Assembly (NCBI GenBank): GCA_963701185.1
Contig: OY969569.1
Location: 245,735-309,734, forward strand
Source of the DNA: Candidatus Gottesmanbacteria bacterium
GTDB lineage: Bacteria; Patescibacteriota; Microgenomatia; UBA10105; UBA927
Reading direction: 5' to 3'
DNA: 64,000 bases
In this document: piece by piece, positions 46,137-56,802 of the stretch
How positions within the stretch are numbered: position 1 is the stretch's first letter
Layout: each line of letters opens with the position of its first letter
The notes under the pieces: generated by a model
What the model saw: the letters and a program-made list of their open reading frames with translations, nothing else
What the model was told of the DNA's origin: nothing
Database searches by the model: none
Program-made: the position numbers and the translations under genes

Positions 46137-46454
46137 ATGACAACTGCAAAAATAAAAAAATTTACCCCGGAAGACGTCCACAAAATAGCGAAACTTGCCA
46201 ATATTCCTGTTACCGTCCGCGAAGAATCCGTACTGACAGACGGGTTCAATACGACAATGAAGGTTGTTGATACGCTCTTTTCCGTAGATGTGACAGGCGT
46301 GCCGCCGACCAGTCAGGTCACAGGACTCGAAAATGTTTTCCGTGAAGATGAGATTGACCCAACCCGCCAGTTCACCCAGGACGAAGCTCTCGCCAACGCC
46401 CCGCGTAAACATAACGGCTATTTTGTCGTGGATCAGATCCTTGAGGACGATTAA
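46137..46454 (+). CDS. gatC: Asp/Glu-tRNA amidotransferase subunit C
   Basis: IAKLANI, NVFREDE, NAP..GYFVV. Confidence 0.9.
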   Translation: MTTAKIKKFTPEDVHKIAKLANIPVTVREESVLTDGFNTTMKVVDTLFSVDVTGVPPTSQVTGLENVFREDEIDPTRQFTQDEALANAPRKHNGYFVVDQILEDD

Positions 46455-46456
46455 GT

Positions 46457-47839
46457 ATGAAACTGAATACGCTGACACTCAAAGATGCGATTGAAAAATT
46501 ACGGCATAAAGAAATTTCTCTGCCCGAATTGTATCGGGATATTGACGATGCGATAGCAGAGAAGAATGCCCGGTTAAATATTTACCTCACACGAAACAAT
46601 ACCGCGCTGGCAGAAGCGGAAAAACTATCCTCAAAACCATTAGCAGGAGCGCCTATTGCGGTCAAAGATAACTTTTTGACGATGGGTATGAAAACAACTG
46701 CATCTTCGAACGTACTGAAAGATTTCATACCCCCTTTTGATGCAACGGTTGTTTCCCGTCTGAAAGGCGCGGGCGGCGTTGTTGTCGGCAAAACGAACAT
46801 GGATGCCTGGGCCCACGGTTCAAGCACGGAAACATCGGATTTCGGCCCAACGAAGAATCCCAGAAATCCGGAGTATTTGCCGGGCGGCTCCAGCGGCGGG
46901 AGTGCGGCGGCAGTTGCGGCAGATTTATGTCTTGCGGCAATCGGCAGTGAAACCGCAGGGTCCATACGGCAACCCTCTTCATGGTGCGGGGTCGTGGGTT
47001 TGAAGCCGACCTACGGGCGTGTAAGCCGTTCAGGGATCGTTGCTATGGCATCCTCGACTGATTCGCCCGGACCGATCGGGAAGACCGTGGAAGACTGTGC
47101 AATGCTTTTGAATGTTGTTGCCGGACATGATATCTATGATGCCACAACCTCGCCTGCTCCGGCACCGGATTTTACCAAGTCCATAAAAAACGGGGTGAAA
47201 AAAATGAAGATTGGTGTGTGTTATACGGACCATAAAAAATTGAAAGGTACGGACGCGGCAAAATCAGTAGAAGCGGCAGGGAAAGTATTCGAACGGCTGG
47301 GAGCAAACGTAGAAATGGCAAGGGTGATGCCTCCGGATCCTGCCATTGCGGTGTATACCGTCGTACAGCGCAGCGAAGTCAGCAGTAATTTAGCACGGTA
47401 CGATGGTATACGGTATGACCGAGGCCGTTTGCTTTTCGGAGACGAAGCCAAACGCAGGATCATGCTCGGAACGTTTACGTTGTCAAAAGGATATGCAGAC
47501 CGGTATTACACGACCGCGCAAAAAGTCCGGAGTTTGTACATTAAAAATTATCAGCAATTGTTTGAGGAATATGATCTTTTAATCGCGCCAACGAGCCCGG
47601 GCTATGCGCAAAAGCTGGGAGCAACGAAAGACAACCCGATGTACGGTGAACTTGAGGATATGCTGCTTGAGCCCAGCTCCATTTCCGGTTTGCCGGGCGT
47701 GAGCGTTCCCTGCCGCCGTGATCCGAAAACAAATTTATATCTTGGACTTAATATCATTGCCAATTATTGGCAGGAAGAAAAAATGATTACCGCGGCCTAC
47801 GCATTTGAACAGGAGTTAGCCTTGAAGACTGTCTTATGA
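46457..47839 (+). CDS. gatA: Asp/Glu-tRNA amidotransferase subunit A
   Basis: GGSSGGSAAAVA, GSIRQP, SSNLARYDG. Confidence 0.95.
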   Translation: MKLNTLTLKDAIEKLRHKEISLPELYRDIDDAIAEKNARLNIYLTRNNTALAEAEKLSSKPLAGAPIAVKDNFLTMGMKTTASSNVLKDFIPPFDATVVSRLKGAGGVVVGKTNMDAWAHGSSTETSDFGPTKNPRNPEYLPGGSSGGSAAAVAADLCLAAIGSETAGSIRQPSSWCGVVGLKPTYGRVSRSGIVAMASSTDSPGPIGKTVEDCAMLLNVVAGHDIYDATTSPAPAPDFTKSIKNGVKKMKIGVCYTDHKKLKGTDAAKSVEAAGKVFERLGANVEMARVMPPDPAIAVYTVVQRSEVSSNLARYDGIRYDRGRLLFGDEAKRRIMLGTFTLSKGYADRYYTTAQKVRSLYIKNYQQLFEEYDLLIAPTSPGYAQKLGATKDNPMYGELEDMLLEPSSISGLPGVSVPCRRDPKTNLYLGLNIIANYWQEEKMITAAYAFEQELALKTVL

Positions 47840-49122
47840 AATACGAACCGGTCATCGGGATGGAAATACATGTGGAGCTAGGCACCAAAAGCAAGATGTT
47901 TTGCGGGTGTCCTGCTGATCACTTTGCTAAAAAACCCAATACCCAAACGTGCCCCGTGTGCCTGGCAATGCCGGGCGGGCTTCCCGTACCGAATAAGAAA
48001 GCAATTGAATGGACAATAAAACTGGGATTAGCGCTCGGGTGCGAGATTCCGCTCGTGAGCAAATTTGACCGGAAGAATTATTTTTATCCCGATTTGCCCA
48101 AAGGCTACCAGATCTCCCAATACGATCAGCCGCTCGCGATTAACGGAAAAATCGGTGATGTCCGGATTCACAGGGTTCATCTTGAAGAAGATACCGGAAA
48201 GCTTGTTCATTCCAAGAATATGACACTCATCGATTTTAATCGGAGCGGCGTGCCGCTTGTTGAAATAGTGACGGAGCCTGATATCCGAAGCGGCGACCAG
48301 GCAAAGGCATTTCTGAAGAAACTCTATCAGATCGTGCGTTACATCGGTATATCCGAGGCGGACATGGAAAAGGGGTCCATGCGGCTGGAGCCCAATATTT
48401 CCGTGAGACAGGCCGGTTCAAAAGCCTTGCCGACGTACAAAGTCGAAGTAAAAAATATCAACTCATTTAATTTCGTCAAAAAGGCCATTGAATATGAGGT
48501 GAAGCGGCATATTGCTTTGTTGGAACAAGGAAAAACGCCCGTGCAGGAAACACGCGGCTGGATGGAAGGGAAGAACGAAACGGTTTCCCAGCGTATGAAG
48601 GAAGAAGCCAATGACTACCGGTATTTTCCCGAGCCGGATATACCTCCCATGAGATGGGAGAAATCACAAATATCCAATATCCAATCTCAAATATCCGAAC
48701 TGCCGGATAAAAAAATAGAAAGATTCAAAAAACAATATCTTCTCAATGATTACGATGCGGGGCTCCTGACGGATACCAAGGAGCTGGCGGATTATTTTGA
48801 AGAATGCGTGAAGCTTGAGGCGGTTCCGGCAAAAAAACTCGCCAACTGGATTATCAACAAAAAAGTAAATATTAACGACGTATTACCGGCGGCTTTAGTG
48901 AAATCCGTCGTGAAGGCATCCGAGGTTTCATCCGTTTCCGACACAGAATTGGAAAATGTGATACAACAGGTTATCGAACAAAATCCAAAAGCGGTCGGGG
49001 ATTACAAAAACGGTAAAGAACAGGCGCTCGGTTTTTTAATCGGGTCCGTCATGCGGTCCACCGCAAAAAAAGCAGACGTTTCACAAATTAAAAAATTGCT
49101 GGTACATCAATTAAAATCCTAA
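47836..49122 (+). CDS. gatB: Asp/Glu-tRNA amidotransferase subunit B
   Basis: IGMEIH, RKNYFYPDLPKGYQISQ, YRYFPEPD. Confidence 0.96.
   Translation: MKYEPVIGMEIHVELGTKSKMFCGCPADHFAKKPNTQTCPVCLAMPGGLPVPNKKAIEWTIKLGLALGCEIPLVSKFDRKNYFYPDLPKGYQISQYDQPLAINGKIGDVRIHRVHLEEDTGKLVHSKNMTLIDFNRSGVPLVEIVTEPDIRSGDQAKAFLKKLYQIVRYIGISEADMEKGSMRLEPNISVRQAGSKALPTYKVEVKNINSFNFVKKAIEYEVKRHIALLEQGKTPVQETRGWMEGKNETVSQRMKEEANDYRYFPEPDIPPMRWEKSQISNIQSQISELPDKKIERFKKQYLLNDYDAGLLTDTKELADYFEECVKLEAVPAKKLANWIINKKVNINDVLPAALVKSVVKASEVSSVSDTELENVIQQVIEQNPKAVGDYKNGKEQALGFLIGSVMRSTAKKADVSQIKKLLVHQLKS
48661..48695. repeat. Degenerate heptamer array inside gatB
   Basis: aaatcac aaatatc caatatc caatctc aaatatc = KSQISNIQSQIS. 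Confidence 0.65.
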
Positions 49123-49129
49123 TTGCGTT

Positions 49130-49825
49130 ATGGCAGAACTTAAACTTGATCAGTTGTCCCCAAAATCCCAAAAAAGTCCGTTTGCTCCGGTAATTTTTGC
49201 CGAAGCGAGCGCATTATCAAAGAAAAGACCCGGGGAATCACTCGCGGCTCTGGAGGCACATGCCCGCGACAGGGTTGCATTCGGTGAATATTCAGAACGG
49301 TTACGCAGAGAAACTGACACCGATATGTTGACCGGCGCACTGTCGCGGAAGGCAATATTCCGGAGTATCAGAGAGGATTTAGCCGAAGCAAACAGAAAAA
49401 AAACACATGTACAGATACTCTTTATGGATCTCAAGGGATTAAAATGGTTTAACGACCAATTCGGCCATAACGCCGGGGATGAAGCGCTGCAAATATTTGT
49501 GCGGGAAGTAAAAAAGCACATCCGCGGTTACGATAAAATCGGAAGGTATGGCGGCGATGAATTTATTGTTGTACGAAAAAACGGTCCCTTGAGCGCTGAT
49601 CGGGTCGTGAAAGATATCGGTGACTCTTTTAGCCAATTAGAAGCCCCCTTCAACAGATTGGGTGCCGTGGTGGGGGTTGCTGATTTTAGCAAAGAAAGAG
49701 GACCAACGACAGCAGAGGAACTTATTCATCAGGCCGATCAGGCATTTTATTATGCAAAACAACATAATATAGACACACCGGTTGTTTGGGAGCCGTCCAT
49801 GGCTTCCATTGTCGTTCCGAAATAG
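49130..49825 (+). CDS. Diguanylate cyclase (GGDEF domain)
   Basis: TDMLTG, NDQFGHNAGD, RGYD I-site, RYGGDEF. Confidence 0.9.
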   Translation: MAELKLDQLSPKSQKSPFAPVIFAEASALSKKRPGESLAALEAHARDRVAFGEYSERLRRETDTDMLTGALSRKAIFRSIREDLAEANRKKTHVQILFMDLKGLKWFNDQFGHNAGDEALQIFVREVKKHIRGYDKIGRYGGDEFIVVRKNGPLSADRVVKDIGDSFSQLEAPFNRLGAVVGVADFSKERGPTTAEELIHQADQAFYYAKQHNIDTPVVWEPSMASIVVPK

Positions 49826-49826
49826 C

Positions 49827-52800
49827 ATGAGCGAATTTGTTCACCTCCACACGCACAGCGAGTTTTCACTTCTGGATGGTCTGGGGAAACTGGATCATCT
49901 TATTGAACGTGCCAAATCTTACGGCATGGACGCGTTGGGATTAACAGACCATGGTGCCATGTACGGATCATTCAAGTTTTATCTCAAGGCCAAGGCCGCG
50001 GGCATCAAGCCGATTATCGGCGTGGAAACGTACGTAGCCCGCCGCAGCCGGTTTGATCGCGAGGGGAAAATCGACACGGACCCATACCACCTTATTCTTC
50101 TTGCGAAGAACGAAACCGGCTACAAAAATCTCATGAAGCTGGTGACCCATGCGCACCTTGAAGGGTATTATTACAAACCGCGCATTGACTGGGAACTCCT
50201 GACGGAACATCATGACGGGCTTATCTGCACCAGCGGCTGCCTGCGGGGACAGCTCGCGTCGCTTCTTATAGAAGGAAAAGAAAAGGAAGCGGAGCGGATA
50301 GCCGGTCAGTACGCCGCGTTGTTCGGAACTGATCAGTATTACATTGAGATTCAGAAACATCCGAACATTCCGATTATTGATGAGGTGAATGAAAAACTCA
50401 TAAAACTATCCAGAAATCTCGGCATTCCCCTGGTTGCGACCAATGATATTCATTATGTAGATCCGGACGATGCTGAAGCGCAGGAAATACTCCTGTGCGT
50501 CCAGACGCAGCATACGATAGTGGAGAAAAACAGGGCCCTTTCCATGCTCGCCTCGCCGGATTTTTATATGCGCAGTCCCGATGAAATGAAGGGCCTGTTT
50601 ATCCAGTACCCGGAGGCAATAGCCAACACGGTGAAAATTGCGGGGATGTGTGATCTTACCCTATCCGTCGGGAAATGGATATTACCCCATTACCCGCTCG
50701 TAAACGGCGGAACACCGGCTATGCATTTGGAGCAGATGGTTTGGGAGCGGGCCAAAACGAAATTCCCGGCACTCACGCAGGAAATTAAGGAACGTATCAC
50801 CTATGAACTGGGGATTATCAATGCAAAAGGATATTCAACCTATTTTCTCATCGTCCAGGATTTCGTCAACTGGGCGAAAAATAACAATATTGCCGTCGGT
50901 CCGGGGCGAGGATCAGCGGCAGGATCGGTCATTTCCTATATTCTTAACATCACCGGTTTAAATCCTCTCTATTTTAATCTTCCGTTTGAACGTTTTCTTA
51001 ATCCGTCACGTCCGAGTCCTCCGGATATTGATCTGGATTTTGAAGATGACCGGAGGGACGAAGTTATTGCGTATGTCACGGCACGATACGGATCGGATAA
51101 AGTAGCCCAGATTATTACCTTCGGAACCATGGAAGCCAGAGGCGCAATCCGGGATGCAGGCCGCGCCCTCGGTATGCCCTACGCGGCGCCGGATCGGATC
51201 AGTAAGATGATTCCGGCCGGATTTCAGGGAAGTCCCATGACGATTGAGAAAGCGCTGGAACAGTCTGCGGAGCTTGCGCTTGCGTACAAAACCGAACCGG
51301 AAACGAAACGTCTGTTGGATGTTGCGCGCCGCCTCGAAGGGGTCGCCCGACATGCATCAGTTCATGCGGCAGGCGTTGTCATTGCCGACAAGCCGCTTGT
51401 CGAGTACACCCCGCTTCAGAAGGAAAGCAAGGGAGAGCGGATTATTACGCAGTATGACATGTATACCGTGGGTGAAGATGGCGTCGGACTCCTCAAAATG
51501 GATTTCCTGGGTTTACGAAACCTCACGATTATGTCGCAGGCGCTCAGGTTTATTAAAGAGGTTCGCGGGGAAACCGTTGATTTGGAAAAGATATCTCTTG
51601 ATAACAAAAAGACCTATCAGATGCTCGCAAGCGGGGAAACAACCGGAGTATTTCAACTTGAGTCTGCGGGTATGCGCCGTTACATCAAAGAACTCAAACC
51701 GACGAATATTTTCGATGTCATGGCGATGGTCGCGCTTTTTCGTCCCGGACCGATGGCGACCATACCGGAATTTATCAAACGAAAACACAATCCGGCAACT
51801 ATTACCTATCCGGATCCGAGACTCAAGGATGTGCTGAAACAGTCCTATGGCATTATCGCCTATCAGGACGACGTACTTTTGACGGCTATTACGCTTGCCG
51901 GGTATACCTGGGGGGACGCGGATAAACTGAGAAAAGCAGTCGGTAAAAAAATTCCGACAGAAATGAAAAAACAAAAGGAAAAATTTATTGAAGGATGTGT
52001 GAAAAACGGGTTAACACGACTCAAGGCTGAAGATATATTTAATCTGATTGAGCCGTTTGCCGGATACGGATTTAATAAAGCGCACGCCGCCTGTTATGCC
52101 ACTATTGCCTATGAGACCGCGTATTTGAAGGCAAATTATCCTGTGGAGTTTATGACGGCAGTATTAACCGCGGAATCGCGCGCCAATACCGGACCAGCGC
52201 GGGACGAAAGGATTGCGAACATGGTCGCCGAATGCAGGAGGACCGGACTCATACTCCTTCCTCCGGATATCAACACATCAGATATTGAATTTACCATCGA
52301 AGATGGAAAAATTCGTTTCGGACTGTCCGCAGTCAAAAATGTCGGATCCGCGGCCATCGAAAGCATTCTGGCGGCGCGCAGTGTCTCCCGGTTTGTAAGC
52401 CTCTCTGATATTATTTCCCGCGTTGATACGTCTAAAGTGAACAAAAAAACGTTCGAAAGTCTTATTAAAACCGGCGCCATGGACGCCTTCGGTTCACGCG
52501 CATCTATGTTATCAGCGTTCACACAACTTTTGGAACAGGCTCATAAGCATAAAAAGGCGGTTGCCTCAGGCCAGGTCGGACTATTTGCCGAAGATGATGC
52601 ATCGCAGGTCTTTTCCGATGTTCTGGCGGATATCCCCGAGCTTTCCCAGTCGGAACTCTTAGGATTTGAGAAGGAATTGCTTGGTTTTTATCTTACGACC
52701 CATCCGTTGGAACCGCACCGTAAAATGTTCGCAGCAAAATCGTTTACCCCTGTCGCCGACCTTACGAGCGGAAATATCGGGGAACGTGTGCGTATTGCAG

Positions 52801-53030
52801 GCATCATTGTCAGTATAAAAAAGATCATCACGCGCGCGGGAAACCATGAAATGGCATTTGCGCGCCTGGAGGATTTGACCGGAACGATAGAAGTCGTTGT
52901 GTTCCCAAAAATCTACGCGTTGACTGCTGATTTGTGGAAACCTGACCGCGTGGTGGAACTTTCGGGGAAACTGGATCAAAAAGAAGACCGTCTCACGATA
53001 TTAGCTGATGATGTCAAACTGCTGATTTAG
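49827..53030 (+). CDS. dnaE: DNA polymerase III alpha subunit
   Basis: FVHLHTHSEFSLLDG, GRGSAAGS, PDIDLD, KMDFLGL, OB fold. Confidence 0.98.
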   Translation: MSEFVHLHTHSEFSLLDGLGKLDHLIERAKSYGMDALGLTDHGAMYGSFKFYLKAKAAGIKPIIGVETYVARRSRFDREGKIDTDPYHLILLAKNETGYKNLMKLVTHAHLEGYYYKPRIDWELLTEHHDGLICTSGCLRGQLASLLIEGKEKEAERIAGQYAALFGTDQYYIEIQKHPNIPIIDEVNEKLIKLSRNLGIPLVATNDIHYVDPDDAEAQEILLCVQTQHTIVEKNRALSMLASPDFYMRSPDEMKGLFIQYPEAIANTVKIAGMCDLTLSVGKWILPHYPLVNGGTPAMHLEQMVWERAKTKFPALTQEIKERITYELGIINAKGYSTYFLIVQDFVNWAKNNNIAVGPGRGSAAGSVISYILNITGLNPLYFNLPFERFLNPSRPSPPDIDLDFEDDRRDEVIAYVTARYGSDKVAQIITFGTMEARGAIRDAGRALGMPYAAPDRISKMIPAGFQGSPMTIEKALEQSAELALAYKTEPETKRLLDVARRLEGVARHASVHAAGVVIADKPLVEYTPLQKESKGERIITQYDMYTVGEDGVGLLKMDFLGLRNLTIMSQALRFIKEVRGETVDLEKISLDNKKTYQMLASGETTGVFQLESAGMRRYIKELKPTNIFDVMAMVALFRPGPMATIPEFIKRKHNPATITYPDPRLKDVLKQSYGIIAYQDDVLLTAITLAGYTWGDADKLRKAVGKKIPTEMKKQKEKFIEGCVKNGLTRLKAEDIFNLIEPFAGYGFNKAHAACYATIAYETAYLKANYPVEFMTAVLTAESRANTGPARDERIANMVAECRRTGLILLPPDINTSDIEFTIEDGKIRFGLSAVKNVGSAAIESILAARSVSRFVSLSDIISRVDTSKVNKKTFESLIKTGAMDAFGSRASMLSAFTQLLEQAHKHKKAVASGQVGLFAEDDASQVFSDVLADIPELSQSELLGFEKELLGFYLTTHPLEPHRKMFAAKSFTPVADLTSGNIGERVRIAGIIVSIKKIITRAGNHEMAFARLEDLTGTIEVVVFPKIYALTADLWKPDRVVELSGKLDQKEDRLTILADDVKLLI

Positions 53031-53153
53031 ACAGCGATTGTAATCTTTTATTATAACGCAAATCAGCGGAAAAAAGAAAGATGTTGACTTTGAGGGCGGC
53101 TATTCACTAAAATTCGCTTAGCCTTGTGATAGAATGACTAACAGGGTTGTTGT

Positions 53154-53420
53154 GTGGTTGAACAATACGATATCACGCTGAAGGATGGGTTTCGGGGGGC
53201 AAAAAACCGCCGGAAACGCAGGACTTCTCAACCAGACAATGCGTGGTATTATTTAGGGTTGGTAGGACAAATAGGATACGTTGTCGCCCTTCCTGTTGCA
53301 GGAGGTGCAATAGTAGGTTCATTACTTGATCACAGGGCGTTGGGAATAGGTATCGGGTTTGTGATTTCAGCAGCCGGGTTTGTGAGAATCATACAGAAAA
53401 TAATGAGATTCCGGAAATAA
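53154..53420 (+). CDS. AtpZ/AtpI-family small membrane protein
   Basis: Two TM, first gene of the atp operon. Confidence 0.65.
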   Translation: MVEQYDITLKDGFRGAKNRRKRRTSQPDNAWYYLGLVGQIGYVVALPVAGGAIVGSLLDHRALGIGIGFVISAAGFVRIIQKIMRFRK

Positions 53421-53427
53421 TTTTGAT

Positions 53428-54171
53428 ATGCCACAAATTTCACTCGCAGCGGAAAAAATCGGGTCCGTATTCGGATTATCCATCACTAATTCACTGCTGT
53501 CGACGTGGATCGTGATGGCGATTTTAGTTGTATTTTCACTTGCCGCGACCCGCAATATGACGATGGTCCCAAGCGGCCTTCAGTCAATTGCGGAAATGAT
53601 TATCGGCGGATTGTATGATTTCTTTACATCCGTGGTAGGCACGTATATTAAACAGCTTTTCCCCCTCATTGCCTCATTTTTCCTCTTTATCGTGGTCGCT
53701 AATTGGTTTGGTTTGCTTCCGGGAGTCGGGACTGTCGGATTTTACGAAGGGGAAAAATTTGTACCCCTCCTTCGGGGTTCGAATGCGGATTTGAATATGA
53801 CGCTCGCCCTTGCCATCGTTTCCATTGTCGCGATCCAGTACTTCGGGTTTCAAATGCTTGGTTTTCATTACAGTACACGCTATATAAATTTTAAAGGCCC
53901 CATTGATTTCTTTCTGGGTTTTCTGGAAATCATATCCCAACTTGCAGATGTCGTGTCATTTGCGTTCCGGTTATTCGGCAACATATTTGCCGGCGAGGTG
54001 CTTCTGACCGTCATTGCTTTTCTCATGCCGTTTATCGTGCCCCTGCCGTTTATGGCACTTGAACTGTTTGTCGGATTTATCCAGGCGCTGGTATTTTCCA
54101 TGTTGACGGCTGTATTTTTGAAGGTTGCGGTGTCGCATGGGGCGGAAGAACACGTTAAACATGCGGCGTAA
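53428..54171 (+). CDS. atpB: ATP synthase F0 subunit a
   Basis: FRLFGNIFAGE, GFIQALVF. Confidence 0.96.
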   Translation: MPQISLAAEKIGSVFGLSITNSLLSTWIVMAILVVFSLAATRNMTMVPSGLQSIAEMIIGGLYDFFTSVVGTYIKQLFPLIASFFLFIVVANWFGLLPGVGTVGFYEGEKFVPLLRGSNADLNMTLALAIVSIVAIQYFGFQMLGFHYSTRYINFKGPIDFFLGFLEIISQLADVVSFAFRLFGNIFAGEVLLTVIAFLMPFIVPLPFMALELFVGFIQALVFSMLTAVFLKVAVSHGAEEHVKHAA

Positions 54172-54189
54172 GTTAGGAGGTGAGTATTC

Positions 54190-54417
54190 GTGGATCAAGA
54201 AACAATTAAATTAATTATGACTGGTGTTACCGTTGCAGTTGGAGGTATTGTGCCTGCAATGGCAATTGGAATGCTTTCTGCAAAAGCGATGGAAGCAATC
54301 GGAAGAAATCCGGAGGCTGCTGACGGAATTCGAACGACGATGATATTAGGATTGGCATTTGCTGAAGCGATCGCTATTTATTCATTAGTGGCTGGCCTGA
54401 TTATCAAATTCGTGTAA
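54190..54417 (+). CDS. atpE: ATP synthase F0 subunit c
   Basis: GRNPEA, AFAEAIAIY; AGGAGG SD. Confidence 0.96.
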   Translation: MDQETIKLIMTGVTVAVGGIVPAMAIGMLSAKAMEAIGRNPEAADGIRTTMILGLAFAEAIAIYSLVAGLIIKFV

Positions 54418-54443
54418 GGGGGGGCCCATGAAAGGATACCGTT

Positions 54444-54941
54444 ATGGAGCAGTTAGGCATTGAGCCGAAATTACTTTTAGCTCAAATAGTCAATTTTCTG
54501 ATTATATTTTTTGTGCTATCGAAGCTTCTCTATAAGCCGATCCTTGACATGCTGGAGAAGAGAAAGAAGGAGATAACAGCAGGACTTGAACTGACTGAAA
54601 AGCTGCGGGCAGAGGAAGAAAAGACGAATGTACGGAAAGAGAAGGTATTAGATGAGGCCCGCAGGGAAGCGCGAAATATCGTGGAAGCGGGCAAGAAAGA
54701 GGCGGAGGCCCAGGCCCGCGACATTATTGAGGCCGCCCATACTCAGGCGCAAGGCATCATAGCAAAAGGAAAAGACGATATCGTTGAACTTCGCGCGGGT
54801 ATGGAGAAAGACGTCCGTAAAGCAGCGGTAGATATTGCCCAGGCAATGACGAAACAGCTACTGTCGCAGATTCTTTCTTCTGCTGATCAGCATAAGCTGA
54901 TACAAAAACACATCAAGGAACTGGAAAGGGTGAGTGCATGA
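54444..54941 (+). CDS. atpF: ATP synthase F0 subunit b
   Basis: QIVNFLI, YKPILDMLEKR, coiled coil. Confidence 0.95.
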   Translation: MEQLGIEPKLLLAQIVNFLIIFFVLSKLLYKPILDMLEKRKKEITAGLELTEKLRAEEEKTNVRKEKVLDEARREARNIVEAGKKEAEAQARDIIEAAHTQAQGIIAKGKDDIVELRAGMEKDVRKAAVDIAQAMTKQLLSQILSSADQHKLIQKHIKELERVSA

Positions 54942-55294
54942 AAATGCTGTCAAAAGACGCACGGGGATTTATCGAAGGCGTCGCCTCGTATATCAGAAGT
55001 GACGCACGCGCCAAAAGCGTCGTACCCAAAGTGCAGTCGCTTATAACGAAAGTTACTGCATCCGCGAAAAAAGAAGAAAATGCAGAGGTGAAAAGTGCGG
55101 TGTCATTGGTTGCGCCGGAGAAGAAACGTATCGATGCATTGCTGGAGAAGCTTTTAGGGCATCCTGTACAGTGTCAGTATAATATTGATACCTCTCTTGT
55201 AGGGGGCATTCAAATTCAGGTTGCGGATTGGATTGTCGATTCAAGTCTCGCGACTCAGCTGACTTCCATTGCACATTCAGTTACATCCATATGA
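54938..55294 (+). CDS. atpH: ATP synthase subunit delta (short)
   Basis: [21 protein letters not shown]. Confidence 0.85.
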   Translation: MKMLSKDARGFIEGVASYIRSDARAKSVVPKVQSLITKVTASAKKEENAEVKSAVSLVAPEKKRIDALLEKLLGHPVQCQYNIDTSLVGGIQIQVADWIVDSSLATQLTSIAHSVTSI

Positions 55295-56799
55295 AAAACG
55301 ATTACACCAGTGATATAGCGGGTGAATTAGTCAAAAAGATAGCGCAGTTTGAACCGAAAGTCCGTGCGGCTCGGATCGGACACGTCATATCCGTTGCCGA
55401 CGGTGTTGCCAGGGTATCAGGAATCCCACAGGTTGCCCTCATGGAGCGAGTCCAGTTTGAAAGCGGGATTGCCGGGCTTGCAATTAACCTGGAAGAAGAT
55501 GTCGTCGGTGTGATCGTTTTAGGCGACTATCTATCTATAAAAGAAGGTGATGAGGTAACCGCCACAGGTAAGCTTCTGTCCATGCCGGTCGGCGAATCAT
55601 TTTTAGGACGCGTGGTTAATCCGATCGGAGAGGCTCTGGACGGAGGCCATCAGATAAAACCAAAAACAATGTACCCGATAGAAAAAGTTGCGCCTTCCGT
55701 CACCAGCCGCCGGAGCGTTAAGACGCCCATCCAAACCGGCATTAAAGCGATTGATGCCATGATTCCGATCGGACGCGGGCAACGGGAGCTCATCATCGGC
55801 GACCGGAATACCGGAAAAACATCGATCGTTGTTGATACGATTATTAATCAAAAAAAAGAGAACGTTGTCTGTATCTACGTCGCCATCGGCCAGAAAACAT
55901 CCCGTATCGCCCAGGTTATCCGGGATCTTACCGAGCATGGGGCTCTTGACCATACGATTGTGGTAGTCGCCTCTGCCAGTGATTCGGCGGCTTACCAATA
56001 TCTTGCACCGTACGCAGGATGTGCGTTAGGTGAATATTTTATGGATCAGGGCCGTGATGCCCTTATTATCTACGACGATTTGACGAAACATGCGTGGGCG
56101 TACCGGCAAATATCATTAATTTTGCGAAGACCGTCAGGTCGCGAGGCATACCCCGGTGATGTTTTTTACCTCCACAGCCGCCTTCTTGAACGCGCTTGCC
56201 GGCTTGATGAGAAACACGGAGGCGGATCTCTTACTGCCCTTCCCATTATTGAAACACTGGCCAACGATATGTCCGCCTATATTCCGACCAACGTTATTTC
56301 CATTACCGACGGGCAGCTCTTTTTGGAATCGGACCTCTTTAACGCGGGCCAGCGGCCTGCCATCAACGTGGGTATTTCCGTTTCCCGCGTCGGGGGAGAG
56401 GCACAGATTAAAGCGATGAAAAAGGTAGCAGGAACCCTGAAGCTGGATCTTGCACAGTACCGGTCGCTGGCGGCTTTTGCGCAGTTTAGCTCTGATGTTG
56501 ACGAGGCGACTAAAAAACAAATTGAACGAGGGAGCCGTATGATGGAACTTCTCAAACAGGGTTTATTTGTTCCTATGCCGGTTGAAGAACAGATTGCAAG
56601 CATTTGGGCCGGTACCAGCGGGTATCTTGATGACATACCGGTTGCCAAAGTCGGATCGTTTGAACAAGGATTCTTAGCGTTTTTAAACTCAAAGTACAAG
56701 AAAACCCTTTCCGCGATTGTTAAAGAAAAGGTTGTGACTCCGGAAATTGAGTCCAAGCTCAAAGAGGCGGTCGGGGATTTCAAAAAGGAGTTTACCTAA
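55291..56799 (+). CDS. atpA: ATP synthase subunit alpha
   Basis: [31 protein letters not shown]. Confidence 0.98.
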   Translation: MKNDYTSDIAGELVKKIAQFEPKVRAARIGHVISVADGVARVSGIPQVALMERVQFESGIAGLAINLEEDVVGVIVLGDYLSIKEGDEVTATGKLLSMPVGESFLGRVVNPIGEALDGGHQIKPKTMYPIEKVAPSVTSRRSVKTPIQTGIKAIDAMIPIGRGQRELIIGDRNTGKTSIVVDTIINQKKENVVCIYVAIGQKTSRIAQVIRDLTEHGALDHTIVVVASASDSAAYQYLAPYAGCALGEYFMDQGRDALIIYDDLTKHAWAYRQISLILRRPSGREAYPGDVFYLHSRLLERACRLDEKHGGGSLTALPIIETLANDMSAYIPTNVISITDGQLFLESDLFNAGQRPAINVGISVSRVGGEAQIKAMKKVAGTLKLDLAQYRSLAAFAQFSSDVDEATKKQIERGSRMMELLKQGLFVPMPVEEQIASIWAGTSGYLDDIPVAKVGSFEQGFLAFLNSKYKKTLSAIVKEKVVTPEIESKLKEAVGDFKKEFT

Positions 56800-56802
56800 C
56801 CT

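Noticed and set aside
43882-49122. gatD beside gatCAB as one functional system
   Set aside because: Name coincidence: this GatD partners MurT in lipid II amidation and is separated from gatCAB by an opposite-strand gene
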